A stretch of DNA of 23,492 nucleotides from a virus (lineage: Duplodnaviria > Heunggongvirae > Uroviricota > Caudoviricetes), in IMG/VR virus record IMGVR_UViG_3300033074_002207; one strand, 5' to 3'. Each line of letters starts with the position of its first letter. Positions within the stretch are counted from its first letter, which is position 1. A program made the position numbers and the translations under genes. Below, piece by piece: positions 21,167 to 23,492 of this stretch. The notes beneath the pieces were generated by a model that saw only the letters and a list, made by a program, of their open reading frames with translations, made no database searches and was not told the origin of the DNA.

Positions 21167-22792
21167 ATGGTACACTCGCACATTCCATTTGAGATGGACC
21201 CGGCACTATTGCTAGCGGTCATTCGTAAACAAGCAGGGAGTCTGGATAAGGCTCTTCTCGAAGCTGTGATGAATTCTATTGATGCTGGTGCATCTTCTGT
21301 TTCTATCACACTCACCCCTGAATTCGTCACGATTGACGATGATGGAAGGGGTTTTCGAGGGGCTGATGAAGTCAGACAGTTCTTTGCGCGATTCGGCACT
21401 CCACACCAAGAGGGCGATTCCATCTATGGCAAGTTTCGCATGGGTCGTGGACAAATGTTTTCATTCGGGCGCAATAGTTGGCGCACGGGAACATTCTTGA
21501 TGGACGTTGACATCAACGTAACCATCGGTTTTGAACTCTTTGAAGAGTTGGAAGATTCTCCGGGTTGTCAAATCAAGATTGACCTGTATGAACATCTTTC
21601 TATACCCGAACTTTACGCTGTCAAAAAGTCGTTGGCTAAGATGGTGAAATACTCACAGATTCCCGTCTATCTCAACGGTGAACAAATCAGCGTAGAAGTC
21701 GAGGAAAAGAACTTCCCGCAGACGATTGAAGAAGCGTTTATCAATACTGAGAAAACCAACACAGGTGGCGTCGAGGTTTATAACCTTGGGGTGTATGTAT
21801 GTACATTCCCTGCTTATCAGTTTGGTATCTCTGGTACGGTGATTAGTCGTAAGCAGTTGGACGTAAACTTTGCGCGAAATCAAGTGTTGGGTAGCTGTCC
21901 TATCTGGAAGCGTATCAAGCAAGTTATTGATTCTTCTGGTGCGAAGAAAGTCACTGAAAAGCAAGAACTTACTCAGGCAGAACGAGAGAATATCATCAAT
22001 CGACTGATGGATGGTTCTCTGAAAGCATATCAAGTGAAGAAATCGAAGTTTCTCACTGATGTTACTGGAAAACATTGGTCGCCTTCGAGCATTAAGCGCA
22101 AGAAGTTTATTCACTACTCCGTTGCTCCAAGTGGTGACGCTATCGGTGATAGAATCATGCAACGTAACCAAGCGTTCGTTCTGAGCCAAGAATGCGCCGA
22201 CCTGTTTGCAGAGTTCGGAGTATCGGTAGACCAGATTATGAATCGGTTGCAAGATTATGATGTTCTACCGTCATATAAACCTTTGGAGTTCTTTTCAGAG
22301 GATATGAATGACGAACACTACATTCTTCCTTCCGATGAATGGAAGAAAGCGGAAAAGGCTTGGATGAAAGTCGCAGAACATATGTTTGCATACTTGCGAC
22401 GTGACAACTATCGAATGCGACGAAGATTCTTTGTGGGTCAGTCCGACGTTGCTGATGGATGGACTGATGGTAGTAGCTATATCGCTATCAATCGAGGCTT
22501 TATGTCTGGACTTAAAATGTTCAAAGACGGTATGGCTAACCCAAGTGCATTCATGTCTATGTTGATGTTGGTGGCGCACGAAATGTGCCATGACACCGAT
22601 AGCCGTGACAACATTCATTCCCCTGACTTCTATCGCGCATTTCACGACTTGGTGAGTCGAGAAGGTCATGTCGCCCTGTCATATACTATGAAGTGGATGA
22701 CTCCGGCTCGATACAAGACGCTCACAGGGGCTTACGAATCGACGGAAGAAGTGGTGATGATTGCCACCGACGAAAATCTAGTCACCGCGTAA
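21167..22792 (+). CDS. GHKL (Hsp90/MutL/MORC-like) ATPase with C-terminal HExxH motif
   Basis: EAVMNSIDAGA, IDDDGRGF, YGKFRMGRG motifs; VAHEMCH...HSPDFY. Confidence 0.85.
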   Translation: MVHSHIPFEMDPALLLAVIRKQAGSLDKALLEAVMNSIDAGASSVSITLTPEFVTIDDDGRGFRGADEVRQFFARFGTPHQEGDSIYGKFRMGRGQMFSFGRNSWRTGTFLMDVDINVTIGFELFEELEDSPGCQIKIDLYEHLSIPELYAVKKSLAKMVKYSQIPVYLNGEQISVEVEEKNFPQTIEEAFINTEKTNTGGVEVYNLGVYVCTFPAYQFGISGTVISRKQLDVNFARNQVLGSCPIWKRIKQVIDSSGAKKVTEKQELTQAERENIINRLMDGSLKAYQVKKSKFLTDVTGKHWSPSSIKRKKFIHYSVAPSGDAIGDRIMQRNQAFVLSQECADLFAEFGVSVDQIMNRLQDYDVLPSYKPLEFFSEDMNDEHYILPSDEWKKAEKAWMKVAEHMFAYLRRDNYRMRRRFFVGQSDVADGWTDGSSYIAINRGFMSGLKMFKDGMANPSAFMSMLMLVAHEMCHDTDSRDNIHSPDFYRAFHDLVSREGHVALSYTMKWMTPARYKTLTGAYESTEEVVMIATDENLVTA

Positions 22793-22828
22793 ATTCCTCA
22801 TTCTCCGGGCGAAGGCAATAGAGTTAAT

Positions 22829-23302
22829 ATGAAAATCGAGTTAAAGAACTTCAAACACTCTGCCTTCGCCTCTCAGGAAACCCTGTGCTATGAAGCGAAG
22901 GTTTACGTCGATGGGAAGCTGTTCGGAACTGCTCGGAATCAAGGAACAGGCGGATGCACGGACATTTGGGTTGAGCCGTCGATGCGCGAACTTGAGCCCA
23001 AGGTTCTGGAATACTGCAAGAATCTTCCGCCCTTTGAAAGCGACGGCATGACTCTGCCGATGGACTTGGAGTTCCACTTGGACTTGCTGGCTCACCGAAA
23101 GGTTGTAGAAGGCGAGTTGAAGCGGATGCTCAAGAAGAAGATTGTCGTTAAGAAGCCTGACGACAATGAGATTTATTACTTCACTCCCCGTGGCACTGTT
23201 TTGACCGAGGCGATTATCAATCAGTTTCAGGCGCAGAATCCCACGTTCACAGTCCTGAATCTCATGCCCTTCGAGAAGGCTTTGGACATTTTTGCGGTAT
23301 AA
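22829..23302 (+). CDS. Hypothetical protein
   Basis: 157 aa; ATG 28 nt after TCCTCA 22795; SQETLCYEAKVYVDGK...ARNQGTGG. Confidence 0.8.
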   Translation: MKIELKNFKHSAFASQETLCYEAKVYVDGKLFGTARNQGTGGCTDIWVEPSMRELEPKVLEYCKNLPPFESDGMTLPMDLEFHLDLLAHRKVVEGELKRMLKKKIVVKKPDDNEIYYFTPRGTVLTEAIINQFQAQNPTFTVLNLMPFEKALDIFAV

Positions 23303-23312
23303 GGAGAATACT

Positions 23313-23492
23313 ATGAACAAAGCACTTGTTTGGTTGTTGATTCTCGTCGCTAGCTGGGTGGGAGTATATCTCCTTTTCAAGTTGGTGGCATTTCTATGGA
23401 ATCTTGTTCCGCTAGTTACGGTTTTGGCAATCGTTGGCGTTGTGGGCTGGTTCCTGTGGCAGACGATTAAGACGAAACCTGCCACCAAGTAA
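23313..23492 (+). CDS. Small two-TM membrane protein
   Basis: AAGGAG SD; two hydrophobic segments. Confidence 0.75.
   Translation: MNKALVWLLILVASWVGVYLLFKLVAFLWNLVPLVTVLAIVGVVGWFLWQTIKTKPATK

Larger units (their letters stand above)
675..22831 (+). repeat. Dispersed promoter-like motif YCCTCA-N17-ATA-N3-AA-NY-(ATG), 26 copies on + strand
   Basis: Hexamer starts at 675, 2155, 2216, 2856, 4356, 5901, 7993, 8150, 10109, 11173, 11515, 12024, 13297, 14400, 15018, 16672, 16915, 17248, 18468, 18766, 19216, 19677, 20094, 20609, 21133, 22795; each has ATA after exactly 17 nt. Confidence 0.9.

Noticed and set aside
675-22831. CRISPR array or Shine-Dalgarno interpretation of the TCCTCA repeats
   Set aside because: The repeat is only 6+3 nt with gene-sized gaps; it is SD-complementary rather than SD-like and lies 27 nt from the start codon.
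21212-23488. Long minus-strand ORFs 21653-22252, 22295-22669 and 22841-23488
   Set aside because: Antisense shadows of strong + strand genes, with no start signals or recognisable motifs.
1-23492. Stop-codon reassignment or suppressor tRNA
   Set aside because: ORFs tile densely under the standard code, and no CTA, TTA or TCA anticodon was found.

Overview
This is most likely a segment of a large (jumbo-type) bacteriophage genome; that is inferred from gene organisation, as no virion genes are visible. Bases ~180-11200 form a dispersed tRNA region. It holds 19 complete tRNA genes (Gly x4, anticodon GTC x3, Ser x6, Thr x4, CAT, TAT), several tRNA fragments, tRNA-like RNAs, four HNH endonuclease genes and short hypothetical ORFs. 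Bases ~11200-23492 are a dense + strand array of small accessory genes, including a WGR-PARP, an HhH-GPD glycosylase, DUF4259- and DUF6891-like proteins, an AbrB-like protein and a GHKL ATPase with an HExxH tail. Three main signals were read by eye. (1) A bipartite motif YCCTCA-N17-ATA-N3-AA-NY occurs 26 times on the + strand; in 18 copies an ATG follows exactly 27 nt after the hexamer, suggesting a non-canonical phage promoter driving leaderless mRNAs. (2) The same motif sits in front of several ORF-poor, heavily base-paired stretches, including a ~575-nt and a ~265-nt candidate ncRNA. (3) HNH genes lie with broken tRNA remnants and an intact divergent isoacceptor, suggesting homing cassettes that destroy a tRNA gene and carry a replacement. 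All family and structure calls come from motif recognition and manual base-pairing, not database searches.
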